From Pyrobaculum calidifontis JCM 11548 (GTDB taxonomy: Archaea > Thermoproteota > Thermoprotei > Thermoproteales > Thermoproteaceae), in assembly GCF_000015805.1 (NCBI RefSeq), contig NC_009073.1:240001-272000 (forward strand): a stretch of 32,000 nt of DNA. The letters run 5' to 3'. Of this stretch, positions 17,654 to 24,903 are shown piece after piece. Made by a program: the position numbers and the translations under genes. Position 1 is the stretch's first letter; each line of letters opens with the position of its first letter. The notes under the pieces are model-generated. The model had not been told where the DNA came from and searched no databases. It was given only the letters and a program-made list of their open reading frames with translations.

Positions 17654-17875
17654 ATAACGCGGGCCCCCGCCCCCAGCGGCTGGACAAACGCCTCCTCGCA
17701 GGACACCGCTACGGCGGGCCTCCGCGCAACCCCAGCCGCCAAGCCGCCCTGCCACACGCCCGCTCCGGGGCACCGCTCGACGAGTCTGCGAAGTCCACCA
17801 CAGTGCTGCAAAGCCCCTTGCCCAAGAGCCCCTCGTCGACTCACACGAAATAGTGAGAGTTGCGAGTTAAAAGCC

Positions 17876-18628
17876 TTACCCAGAGGAAAGCTCGGCGTAT
17901 CCCAGGCCGTAGGTCTTCCCGTCGCCGAAGCCCACCGCCGCGCCGTACTGCACCAAGGCCCAAAAGTGGCGCGCCCTCCTCTTCCCCTTCACCTCGTAGG
18001 TGGCCCAGCCCACTGCCCCCACCTGAGACGCCCCGTCGGCGTACACCACGGCTGTTCTGAGAGAGGCCTTGGCCACGGCCACGTAGCCGTAGGCCCAAGC
18101 CGCCACCCTCCTCACAAGGCCCTCAGTGGCAGAGAAGCCCAGCACCTCCTGCGAGGAGGGGCCGAGGGCCCTGGCCGCGTGAAGGCCGGCGGAGAGGGCA
18201 AGGTTGTGGGGAGCCGGCATTACGTCAAACACGCGCCCCCTCTTAAACCTCACCGGAGTCAAGAACCTTAGGGTAAAGCGGGGCGGGGGGTCGCCGCCCA
18301 CCTTGAGGGGCCAGGCCTCCGCCTTAACGGCCTCAGCCCTAGCCCCCTCCACCTTGACCTCGCTGAGCTTAGCCACGGCCTCCCCCACGTACTCCCCCAA
18401 CACGGCGAAGCGCGCCGAGACAACCTCCCCAGCCTCCACCCTAGACCCCCTCAAGAGGGGCTTTCCCCCGCGGAGGAGGGGAGAGGCGGAGAGGGGCTTA
18501 GGCCCAGGCGAGTCGTGGTGTCTCCCGCCAACTAGCCAGTAGAGGATTGCCCTAGCCGCAAGGCCGGAGAAGCGCCTAAAGACCACGGACTCAAGAAGGC
18601 GGAGCTCCACGCGCAAAATCCAAATCAC
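17876..18628 (-). CDS. cas6: CRISPR repeat endoribonuclease Cas6
   Basis: 250 aa. C-terminal glycine-rich Cas6 loop GFGDGKTYGLGY. Double-RAMP-like layout. GTG start with an atataatg box 27 nt upstream. CRISPR arrays and a Cmr module lie nearby. Confidence 0.8.
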   Translation of the reverse strand: MIWILRVELRLLESVVFRRFSGLAARAILYWLVGGRHHDSPGPKPLSASPLLRGGKPLLRGSRVEAGEVVSARFAVLGEYVGEAVAKLSEVKVEGARAEAVKAEAWPLKVGGDPPPRFTLRFLTPVRFKRGRVFDVMPAPHNLALSAGLHAARALGPSSQEVLGFSATEGLVRRVAAWAYGYVAVAKASLRTAVVYADGASQVGAVGWATYEVKGKRRARHFWALVQYGAAVGFGDGKTYGLGYAELSSG

Positions 18629-18661
18629 GTAGAGCTAAAAACAGCTACATTATATTTGTCC

Positions 18662-18937
18662 ATGAGGCAGATCCCGGCCCTAGGCTTCGAGTGGCAACAC
18701 GTCGTCGCCGCACTCAGCCGCCACAACGTCAAAGAGCTGTGGCTCTCCAACGCGAACCCCTCCCACGAGAGGGTAAGGGGAGCTGTGTCAGAGCTGGAGA
18801 GAGTGGCCAAGAGAATGGGCGTGTCGTCTATCCACGCCGTGGAGGTGCCCACTGACGACGTACGGACCCGCGTAAAAAGGCGGCAAAGGCATTTGTGTCA
18901 GTTATCCCCACGTCTGCCCCCAGAACTGACGCAATAA
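18662..18937 (+). pseudogene. csa3-like CARF N-terminal remnant
   Basis: MRQIPALGFEWQHVVAALSRHNVKELWLSNANPSHERVRGAVSELERVAKRMGVSSIHAVEVPTDDV aligns by eye with the N-terminus of the intact Csa3 (RLLVFTLGFEEKFAIRAF...VEVNVRDF). The frame then degenerates. A shifted frame gives VSVIPTSAPR (compare VVNLSGGPRAL), and no wHTH follows. Confidence 0.45.
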
Positions 18938-19037
18938 GGCGCTAGCTAACAGTCGGCACGTAGGCCACATCACGAGTCAGAAAGGGAGACCATCCCCACG
19001 GCCCTGTTCACGAGGCGCCTAAAAAACCTAACGCTAC

Positions 19038-19451
19038 CTACGCCCCCAAACACTTTCCAGCGGCGTCCATCAGCCCCCCACACGGCCCCTCCATTGTACA
19101 CAACACCTCTCCGACGCCCCAAACCGATAAGCGACACTCCCATATACCACGAGCCAGCTCAAACCCCCGCCCGTCGAAATACGCCTCGCACCGACCCCAA
19201 TGAGAAACAGCGCCGTTACCCTCGGCGGAAACACCCGCGCCAGCGGCATCCCGTCGAACACCACCACGTCGATAAACCCTGGCACACACCCTAAGAAGCT
19301 TGGAGGAAATGGCGACGCCCCCCGTCAAAATCCAAATCCTATCCACTTGGTAAATGGGCACCCTCCTCTCGCCGCCGCCCCTCTGCCTAATCACCACCGC
19401 GCCCCTAGAAAAGCCCAGGTAGACCCCCCAGCTCTTAATTACCAGCTCCAT
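19038..19451 (-). pseudogene. cas1: cas1 fragment (N-terminal domain only, at least two frameshifts)
   Basis: MELVIKSWGVYLGFSRGAVVIRQRGGGERRVPIYQVDRIWILTGGVAISSKLLRVCA is Cas1-like. The expected continuation GFIDVVVFDGMPLARVFPPRV is in another frame (ORF 19070-19285). The reading then returns to NGAVSH...EAYFDGRGFELARGI. The C-terminal catalytic domain is absent. Confidence 0.6.
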
Positions 19452-19529
19452 GGCAGTACGCGAAGAAGGGACATGAGTCCGGGCACCTAGGCGCAAGGCC
19501 GGGGTCGCACCTCGACGACACAAGCTCCA

Positions 19530-20286
19530 TCAACGAGCCCCCTCCTCGGAGAACAGCCTCCTCAGCGAGTCGCCAACCACCACCGGCTTAGCCTTAACCA
19601 CGTCGTCAACGTGGACGTACAGCAGAAGCCCCCTCTCCATAGGCATCTCCTCATCCGCCTCCAGGGCCAAGGCGTAGCCAGCCACAGCCAGCTCACGCCG
19701 CGGGCCCCACCTTCACCTCCACCACCACGTCGTAGGCCAAGGCGTCGGACCTCACGTAGGTAAGGCCCAGAGGCCTCCCGTCAACCACGTACTCAGTCCA
19801 CAGGGGAACGGCCCTAGCCGCCAAAGAGTCCCCATCCACGTGAGACCTAGACCTAACCTCGTCCACCCTCGCCGCCACTTGCACCGCCAGCCACCTAGCC
19901 AGCTTCACCCCCCTCACGTCAGGCTCAAACTCCGCCGCGGCCGCCGCATCCTTAGCCACACCCTCAGCGTCAAACGCCTGCAAAAGCTCCCACCCAGACG
20001 CCACACCATCTTCAACAAGCCTACGAAGCCGCTTAAGAGACAGCCTAAACACCTCGTGGATATACGCCCCATACTTCACAGCCCGAGAAGGCCGCCCCTC
20101 GACGCCCCCCACCCTCCTCAAGTACACGTCCCGCCTAGTCTCACACACCCCACCCCCGACCTCCGACACCGACACTCTAACCCCCAGAGGAGGCGGAGCC
20201 ACAGGAGGCGAGTCCCAGCGCCACCCCCTAAGCTCCTCAGACACCTCCACCCGCACCGACTTGAGCCACCTCAACTCCCGAAACAT
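19530..20286 (-). pseudogene. csa1: csa1 (Cas4-like RecB-family nuclease of type I-A adaptation modules), frameshifted
   Basis: MFRELRWLKS...ELRGWRWDSPPV...VCETRRDVYLRRV...DVVVEVKVG stops at 19693. The expected continuation ELAVAGYALALEADEEMPMERGLLLYV...SEEGAR* is open in another frame down to the stop at 19530-19532. ttttatag box lies 26 nt upstream of ATG 20286. Confidence 0.55.
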
Positions 20287-20368
20287 ACCCCCCAGAACGC
20301 CCAACTATAAAACCGTTTGTATATGTATATGTCAAACTTTACAAACATACAAAAATGTGCCAACGGCG

Positions 20369-20541
20369 GAAGAATGGCGCGCTTACAACGGCGTCCGTCT
20401 AAGAGGCCCCCAGAAGAATGGCGTACGACAACGGGGGCAAACGGATATGTGTGTATGTAAAGAGGGGGTCAAAAGCGACGTGCCGTTCCCACAAAAACGA
20501 GGGAAAAACTTATAAACTCACAAGAGCCGCAAACGTGAGCG
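20369..20541 (+). promoter_or_regulatory. CRISPR leader 1 (173 nt) with TATA-like cttataaac at 20509-20517
   Basis: Collinear with 24731-24903. Shared blocks are gaagaatg(g/a)cgcgctt, gaagaatggcg, atatgtgt(gt)atgtaaag, aaagcgacg, gttcccaca, gggaaaaactta, cacaagagccg and acgtgagcg, ending directly before the first repeat. Confidence 0.7.
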
Positions 20542-20704
20542 GAGAATCCCCAATGGGGGTAGAAACTTATACTCCACGATATACGCCTTAATTCCGAGGC
20601 GTTCCAAAAGAGAATCCCCAAAGGGGGTAGAAAGAGGTAGAGCGAGACGGCGGTGGGCGAGTCCACGCCAACGGTCACGGAGAATCCCCAAAGGGGGTAG
20701 AAAG
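20542..20704 (+). CRISPR. CRISPR array 1: 3 repeats (25 nt, GAGAATCCCCAA[A/T]GGGGGTAGAAA[C/G]) and 2 spacers (43 and 45 nt)
   Basis: Repeats at 20542-20566, 20610-20634 and 20680-20704. The repeat has an internal CCCC-N3/4-GGGG stem. Its 3' end GTAGAAAC/G resembles the 8-nt crRNA 5' handle (AUUGAAAG-type). The leader lies on the left side. Confidence 0.9.
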
Positions 20705-20812
20705 GCTTAGACGTAAACAGATGCTGATCTCACCGGTAGCGGAAGTTCTAAGAAGTATATAACGAAGTAGTAAAGCCGTACGGACTTGAAAGCGATAATT
20801 TACAGCTGTACT

Positions 20813-21478
20813 TCATTCGCGTAGACATGTTATAACCTTAGCATCTTGTGTTAGCTCTGCCCTAAGGGGCCTCTTGCTCAGCACTTGGACTAAGCCCAAC
20901 TCCTCTAAGCGCCGTATGTGCCTCCTCACAGTGGAGGAGTCTAGGTTTACCTCCCTTGCCAGCTCCTCCGCCGTCGCCACCCCCCTCTGGGCCAGCTTCT
21001 CCAAGACGGCGAGTTTTTCCTCGCCGAGCCTCTCGGCGAGTTTTTGGGCATACACAGCGCACAGCGGTACTTCCACGAGGTAGGTCCCATCCTCGAACTC
21101 CACCTCCACTCTAACCCTCTTTGCCACGTCGTCGGGGAGGAGCTGGACGGCCGCGTAAGTGGCCAAGACCAGGGCCCTCGGCCCGCCCGAGAGGTTCACC
21201 ACCACGTCCCCGCCGGCTTTTTCAAGGACGCGCCGCCTAATTTCACAGACGGCGCCCGGGAAGTCTCTCACGTTCACTTCGACGAGCTCAATCTCGACGC
21301 CCCCGCCGTAGTACCTTTGGACGAACTCCCGCAGAGTGTTGTACGCCCTTACCACTCTGTCGGCGGCCGGCCTCGCCGCTACGAGGAGGATTCTGTCCCC
21401 CACGTCTAGCCCCCTCCTCGTGAAGGCCCTTATGGCAAACTTTTCCTCAAAGCCGAGGGTAAACACGAGGAGACGCAC
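20813..21478 (-). CDS. csa3: Csa3-type CRISPR-associated transcriptional regulator (CARF domain plus C-terminal wHTH)
   Basis: From the GTG start: RLLVFTLGFEEKFAIRAF...VVNLSGGPRALVLA (CARF), followed by LAVLEKLAQRGVATAEELAREVNLDSSTVRRHIRRLEELGLVQV (wHTH). aaataaat box lies 26 nt upstream of GTG 21478. Confidence 0.8.
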   Translation of the reverse strand: MRLLVFTLGFEEKFAIRAFTRRGLDVGDRILLVAARPAADRVVRAYNTLREFVQRYYGGGVEIELVEVNVRDFPGAVCEIRRRVLEKAGGDVVVNLSGGPRALVLATYAAVQLLPDDVAKRVRVEVEFEDGTYLVEVPLCAVYAQKLAERLGEEKLAVLEKLAQRGVATAEELAREVNLDSSTVRRHIRRLEELGLVQVLSKRPLRAELTQDAKVITCLRE

Positions 21479-21613
21479 GGCTGTGTATAGCTTTAAATTT
21501 ATTTTAAGAGGAAAAAGTGTGTGCAAATTCTTATCGGTCGCCGTAATGACGGTTGTACTGCGCTGAAGGGTGATAGCGAAATCCCTGGACTGATGCTTGC
21601 GCTAGAGGCCAGC

Positions 21614-22171
21614 TCACTGTCTAAGGCATAGGACTCCGCCGCACTCCTCCACCACCTCTGCGCAGAGGTCTCTGAGGGCGCTGCCCAGATCCTTTTTTAC
21701 CAGGGGTAGCTGGAGTAATAGAAGCGACTGGCCGTAGGACAAGGCGTATGTTAATAGGCGGTAGAGCATAGACCCCTGAGGCTCCGAGCCGATATACAGC
21801 GCGTAGAGGCCGTGGGGGAGGGGCTGCCTTGGGACAACGTCGTCGAGGGGCTCCAAGACGTTCTCCCCCAGCGCTATAAACACGGCGCCGAGCCCCGCCA
21901 GCCTACACGCGAGCTCCCTAAACCGCGGCAGAAGAGCCGCGGCCGTCTCCGCCGCCACCCCCAGGTCGTAGAAGCCAGTGCCCAGATAGGCCTCGCAGGG
22001 CAACAGAGAGACGCAAGCCCCACCCCACCTCTCCACCACCACCGCAACTCCCTCGAAGACGCGGACCTCCAACCCCTCCTCAGACGCCTCGCCACACTCC
22101 CCACCGTAAGGCCCCAGCGAAGACAAGAAATTCCCCAACCTCTCCTCATCTTTAAAACAGATGTATATCAT
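21614..22171 (-). CDS. Hypothetical protein (185 aa), third gene of the ATPase cassette
   Basis: ATGA start/stop overlap with the upstream gene (22171-22168). No motif recognised. Confidence 0.55.
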   Translation of the reverse strand: MIYICFKDEERLGNFLSSLGPYGGECGEASEEGLEVRVFEGVAVVVERWGGACVSLLPCEAYLGTGFYDLGVAAETAAALLPRFRELACRLAGLGAVFIALGENVLEPLDDVVPRQPLPHGLYALYIGSEPQGSMLYRLLTYALSYGQSLLLLQLPLVKKDLGSALRDLCAEVVEECGGVLCLRQ

Positions 22172-22683
22172 ATGCCCACCACGAGGACCTCGTTTAGCCC
22201 ATTATCTTTAAGCTTCTTCTTTAGCTCGCTCGTGTTAGTTGCCACCGTCAACAACACCGAAGCATGAGCTCCCCTACCACAACAAGCTTCACTTGCACCG
22301 TTTCCCAGAGTCCTGTAGCGGTTAAATTTCTGAACCAGCCTAGACACTATAGAAGCCACATTTTCGCCGACTCTACATTCGATCCATATACACGCCTTCC
22401 TACCCCTCTTATCCCTTATCAAGAGGAATAAATCGAAACTTTCGCCGATGTACCGCCGTCCACACGGAGGCAAGGCTGGCTCTTTTTGAGGCTTATCGCA
22501 CCGGCATAAGTATACAACCGTATTGGTTGAAATTTTCAATTCTGCCAATCTTTGTTCGAGTAGTTCTAGTATTTGAAGGAGTCTCCCTTTGTTGAGTCCA
22601 CACTCCCTGTCCTCTGGCTCCATGTCGTTGCCCAGTTCACAAGCGTTCTGCTTTTCGCAGTCTACGTCGAGCTTCTGCATCAT
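22168..22683 (-). CDS. Cys-rich hypothetical protein (171 aa from ATG 22683) with a possible PD-(D/E)xK-like nuclease core
   Basis: ATGA overlap with the ATPase stop (22683-20). A helix (LLQILELLEQRLAEL) is followed by GESFDLFLLIRDKRGRKACIWIECRVGE, a D...ExK-like pattern with R in place of K, reminiscent of Hjc/restriction-fold proteins. Ten Cys residues. Markedly A/T-richer DNA than the flanks. Confidence 0.5.
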   Translation of the reverse strand: MMQKLDVDCEKQNACELGNDMEPEDRECGLNKGRLLQILELLEQRLAELKISTNTVVYLCRCDKPQKEPALPPCGRRYIGESFDLFLLIRDKRGRKACIWIECRVGENVASIVSRLVQKFNRYRTLGNGASEACCGRGAHASVLLTVATNTSELKKKLKDNGLNEVLVVGI

Positions 22684-23951
22684 GTCACTTGTTGATATGC
22701 CCAATACTCGCTGCGGAAGAGCTCGATGTCCTTGAGACTCTTCACGTCAAGCATCTTCACTTTTCCGTCTTTTACATAGTAGGCAACGCCATATTTTAGC
22801 GCATAGGCGAGCAGGAGGCCGCTGTGAGTCTCTACGATAACTTGCACGCCGAGGTCCAGGAGGAGTTCCATAAGCCTGTAGAGCCAGTCCACGTGTATGT
22901 TAAACTCAGGCGTATCGATGATTAGCAACGGGGGCGGCGGTTCAATCCCCCACCTTTTCATCTCCTTCAAGCTGTACACCGCAGAATAGGCCTCCGCCAG
23001 GGTGTTCACGACATGTAACATGCCGTCGCTGAGTTGTCTCAGCTTAAACGCGCCGCCGCGAAAAACGAGCTCAACGTCGGCTGCTATCTCTATTATCTCT
23101 TCGCCGCCGTGGGAGGCGGGTTCAACGCTGACGTCGATTGCTATGTCTATTATTTCTTCGCCGAAAACATACCCCAAGTCCTCCTTGAACTTGTCCAAGG
23201 CGCGGACCCCGTACTTCGCCAGCCCAGCCACGCTCTGCCTAACAGCGCCCAGCGTTGCCGGCGGGCGCACATGGCGCACGAGGGTCTCGGCCATGTATTG
23301 CAGAGGCCTCCAGCCAAACTCCTCGTAGACGCCCTCATCCACCTTTACATGTTTAACTACGGCGTCCCGTAGCCAGCTCAGGGCGTGTCTGCGCCTTTCA
23401 ATCCTCACACTCTCGCTTATTTCGCCGCCTGCCCCGCTGTGCTCATACACCTCGACCTCGAAGGGGCCGCACTCCCTCAGCACGTCGCCCAGCAACCCCC
23501 CACTTCTCACCGCCTCGCGCGAGAAGAGGGAGCCCTCGGCGACGTAGGGGGCGAAGGAGATGGAGATTTTCCTATCGCCGCACTTCACGTACGTGGAGCC
23601 CTCGAAGAACTCGGCCACGAGGGGCCCGACGCGGAACCACCTGCGCCTAGTTACGCGGTAGTCGTCCACCTCGGCGCCGTACTCCACTTCCACGTAGCCG
23701 CCGGGCACCCACACCAGGCCCGCCACCCTGAGAGTCCTTGCCGAATAGTTCACCTCCTGGGGACAGGCGGTCCGCACGCCGTAGACGTAGTGGAGGAGCC
23801 TCTGCAACGCACACAAGATGCTGGACTTGCCAGACGCGTTAGGCCCATAGAGGACCGTCAAGCCGGACAGCTCAAGCTCCACCTCGCCCTCCACCCTCTT
23901 AAAGCCCTGTACCACAAGCCTTTTGACAAGCTGTACGGCGCTAGCGGACAT
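22680..23951 (-). CDS. ABC/SMC-type (AAA_15/AAA_21-like) ATPase; start uncertain (ATG 23951 preferred, ORF open to 24110)
   Basis: LVVQGFKRV...VLYGPNASGKSS (Walker A near the N-terminus), a long insertion, QLSDGMLHV (signature), LLIIDTPEFNIH (Walker B/D-loop), VETHS (H-loop). This architecture is typical of ATPases in two-gene defence systems. Confidence 0.75.
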   Translation of the reverse strand: MSASAVQLVKRLVVQGFKRVEGEVELELSGLTVLYGPNASGKSSILCALQRLLHYVYGVRTACPQEVNYSARTLRVAGLVWVPGGYVEVEYGAEVDDYRVTRRRWFRVGPLVAEFFEGSTYVKCGDRKISISFAPYVAEGSLFSREAVRSGGLLGDVLRECGPFEVEVYEHSGAGGEISESVRIERRRHALSWLRDAVVKHVKVDEGVYEEFGWRPLQYMAETLVRHVRPPATLGAVRQSVAGLAKYGVRALDKFKEDLGYVFGEEIIDIAIDVSVEPASHGGEEIIEIAADVELVFRGGAFKLRQLSDGMLHVVNTLAEAYSAVYSLKEMKRWGIEPPPPLLIIDTPEFNIHVDWLYRLMELLLDLGVQVIVETHSGLLLAYALKYGVAYYVKDGKVKMLDVKSLKDIELFRSEYWAYQQVT

Positions 23952-24437
23952 GATCCCACCCGCCGAGCGCCGCCTTGACCCCCCTCTTGCACTCAGCCGC
24001 GCTATTACACGCAACACTCGTGCACACCATAGCTCCTCAATCCAGAGACCTTTTAAGCTTACACACGCAAGAATCCGTCCCCAAGCCGAAATCTCTGCGC
24101 CGTTTCCCATCCCGCCGGGTTAGATACGCCTTTAATCTGCTGGCGCGCATTTCCAAAAGCGGGATTCAAAGACTGTACAATAATGAACATCGAATTGTTC
24201 AATCGACACGGCGCGTTACGCCGTAGTGCGCCGTCTGGCCACTGGCGGCTGTAAAGTCCGAGGAAGACGTGTGTTTCAGCGACCCCACTCATTTCCACCT
24301 TATCTTGTTTTAAGCCGTCGTCTACTATACGGTGGCATGCGTCTGTGCTTCTGCCCGAGGAAGTTGGCTAACCTCTTTGGAGAGAGAAGAGATTGAACAG
24401 TAGCGACATCATCTTATATCTCTTGGGAAAACTCATT

Positions 24438-24510
24438 GGGGGAGGGGATGATGAGAGGCTTGGCAAGGGGTACCTGCCTGAATCCAGGCTCGCTGACCCT
24501 CCCCTCCCCC
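24438..24510 (+). ncRNA. Candidate C/D-box-like sRNA flanked by an 11-bp terminal inverted repeat
   Basis: GGGGGAGGGGA (24438-24448) pairs perfectly with TCCCCTCCCCC (24500-24510). C box AUGAUGA is at 24448-24454. It is followed by 12 nt, a degenerate D' (GGGG), 3 nt and a C'-like UGCCUGA. Then come an 11-nt guide AUCCAGGCUCG and the D box CUGA at 24493-24496. TATA-like tcttatat at 24412 lies 26 nt upstream of 24438. No ORF covers the region. Confidence 0.4.
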
Positions 24511-24730
24511 TCTCCACGTAGACTATTGTGCATCTAGATAAACTTTTCTCCGCAGACCCAATACCCTACTTGTATCGACTTGAACATCCGCGAGTTGGCA
24601 GTCGCCCTGGCTACTGTGCGCTGATTTAAGTTACGGCAATCCCCTTAAGCCTTTACTCCTCTTCCCCTTTTGCCCATAGCCTCCAATGCGCGCACATATC
24701 CTGCGCTACTAGCCGATCCGCCTCTCGCGC

Positions 24731-24903
24731 GAAGAATGACGCGCTTTTCACGGCATCTACGATAGTGGCGTCGAGAAGAATGGCGGGCCACAACGCGGGA
24801 CTGCGGGCATATGTGTATGTAAAGCGGGGGCTGAAAGCGACGCACTGTTCCCACACTCACAAGGGAAAAACTTAAAAAACCACAAGAGCCGAGGACGTGA
24901 GCG
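24731..24903 (+). promoter_or_regulatory. CRISPR leader 2 (173 nt) with TATA-like cttaaaaaac at 24871-24880
   Basis: Same length and block structure as leader 1. It ends in acgtgagcg directly before the first repeat. Confidence 0.7.

Noticed and set aside
17654-17773. N-terminal extension of the membrane-protein ORF (MPRSGRVAGRLGGWGCAEARRSG...)
   Set aside because: Its Arg/Gly-rich composition is unlike the rest of the protein and absent from the paralogue. ATG 17653 is preferred.
20469-20678. 69-aa minus-strand ORF spanning leader 1 and array 1
   Set aside because: It runs through CRISPR repeats and spacers. It is an artefact of the repeat structure, not a gene.
23952-24110. N-terminal extension of the ATPase ORF
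   Set aside because: ABC/SMC-type ATPases place Walker A ~30-40 residues from the N-terminus, which fits ATG 23951. The extension is Arg-rich. However, no TATA is seen 26 nt upstream of 23951, so the true start and TSS remain uncertain.
24381-24400. agagagaagagattgaacag, considered as a degenerate repeat of a second CRISPR family (...GATTGAAAC-like)
   Set aside because: It occurs only once with no periodic partner, and the similarity is limited to a few bases.
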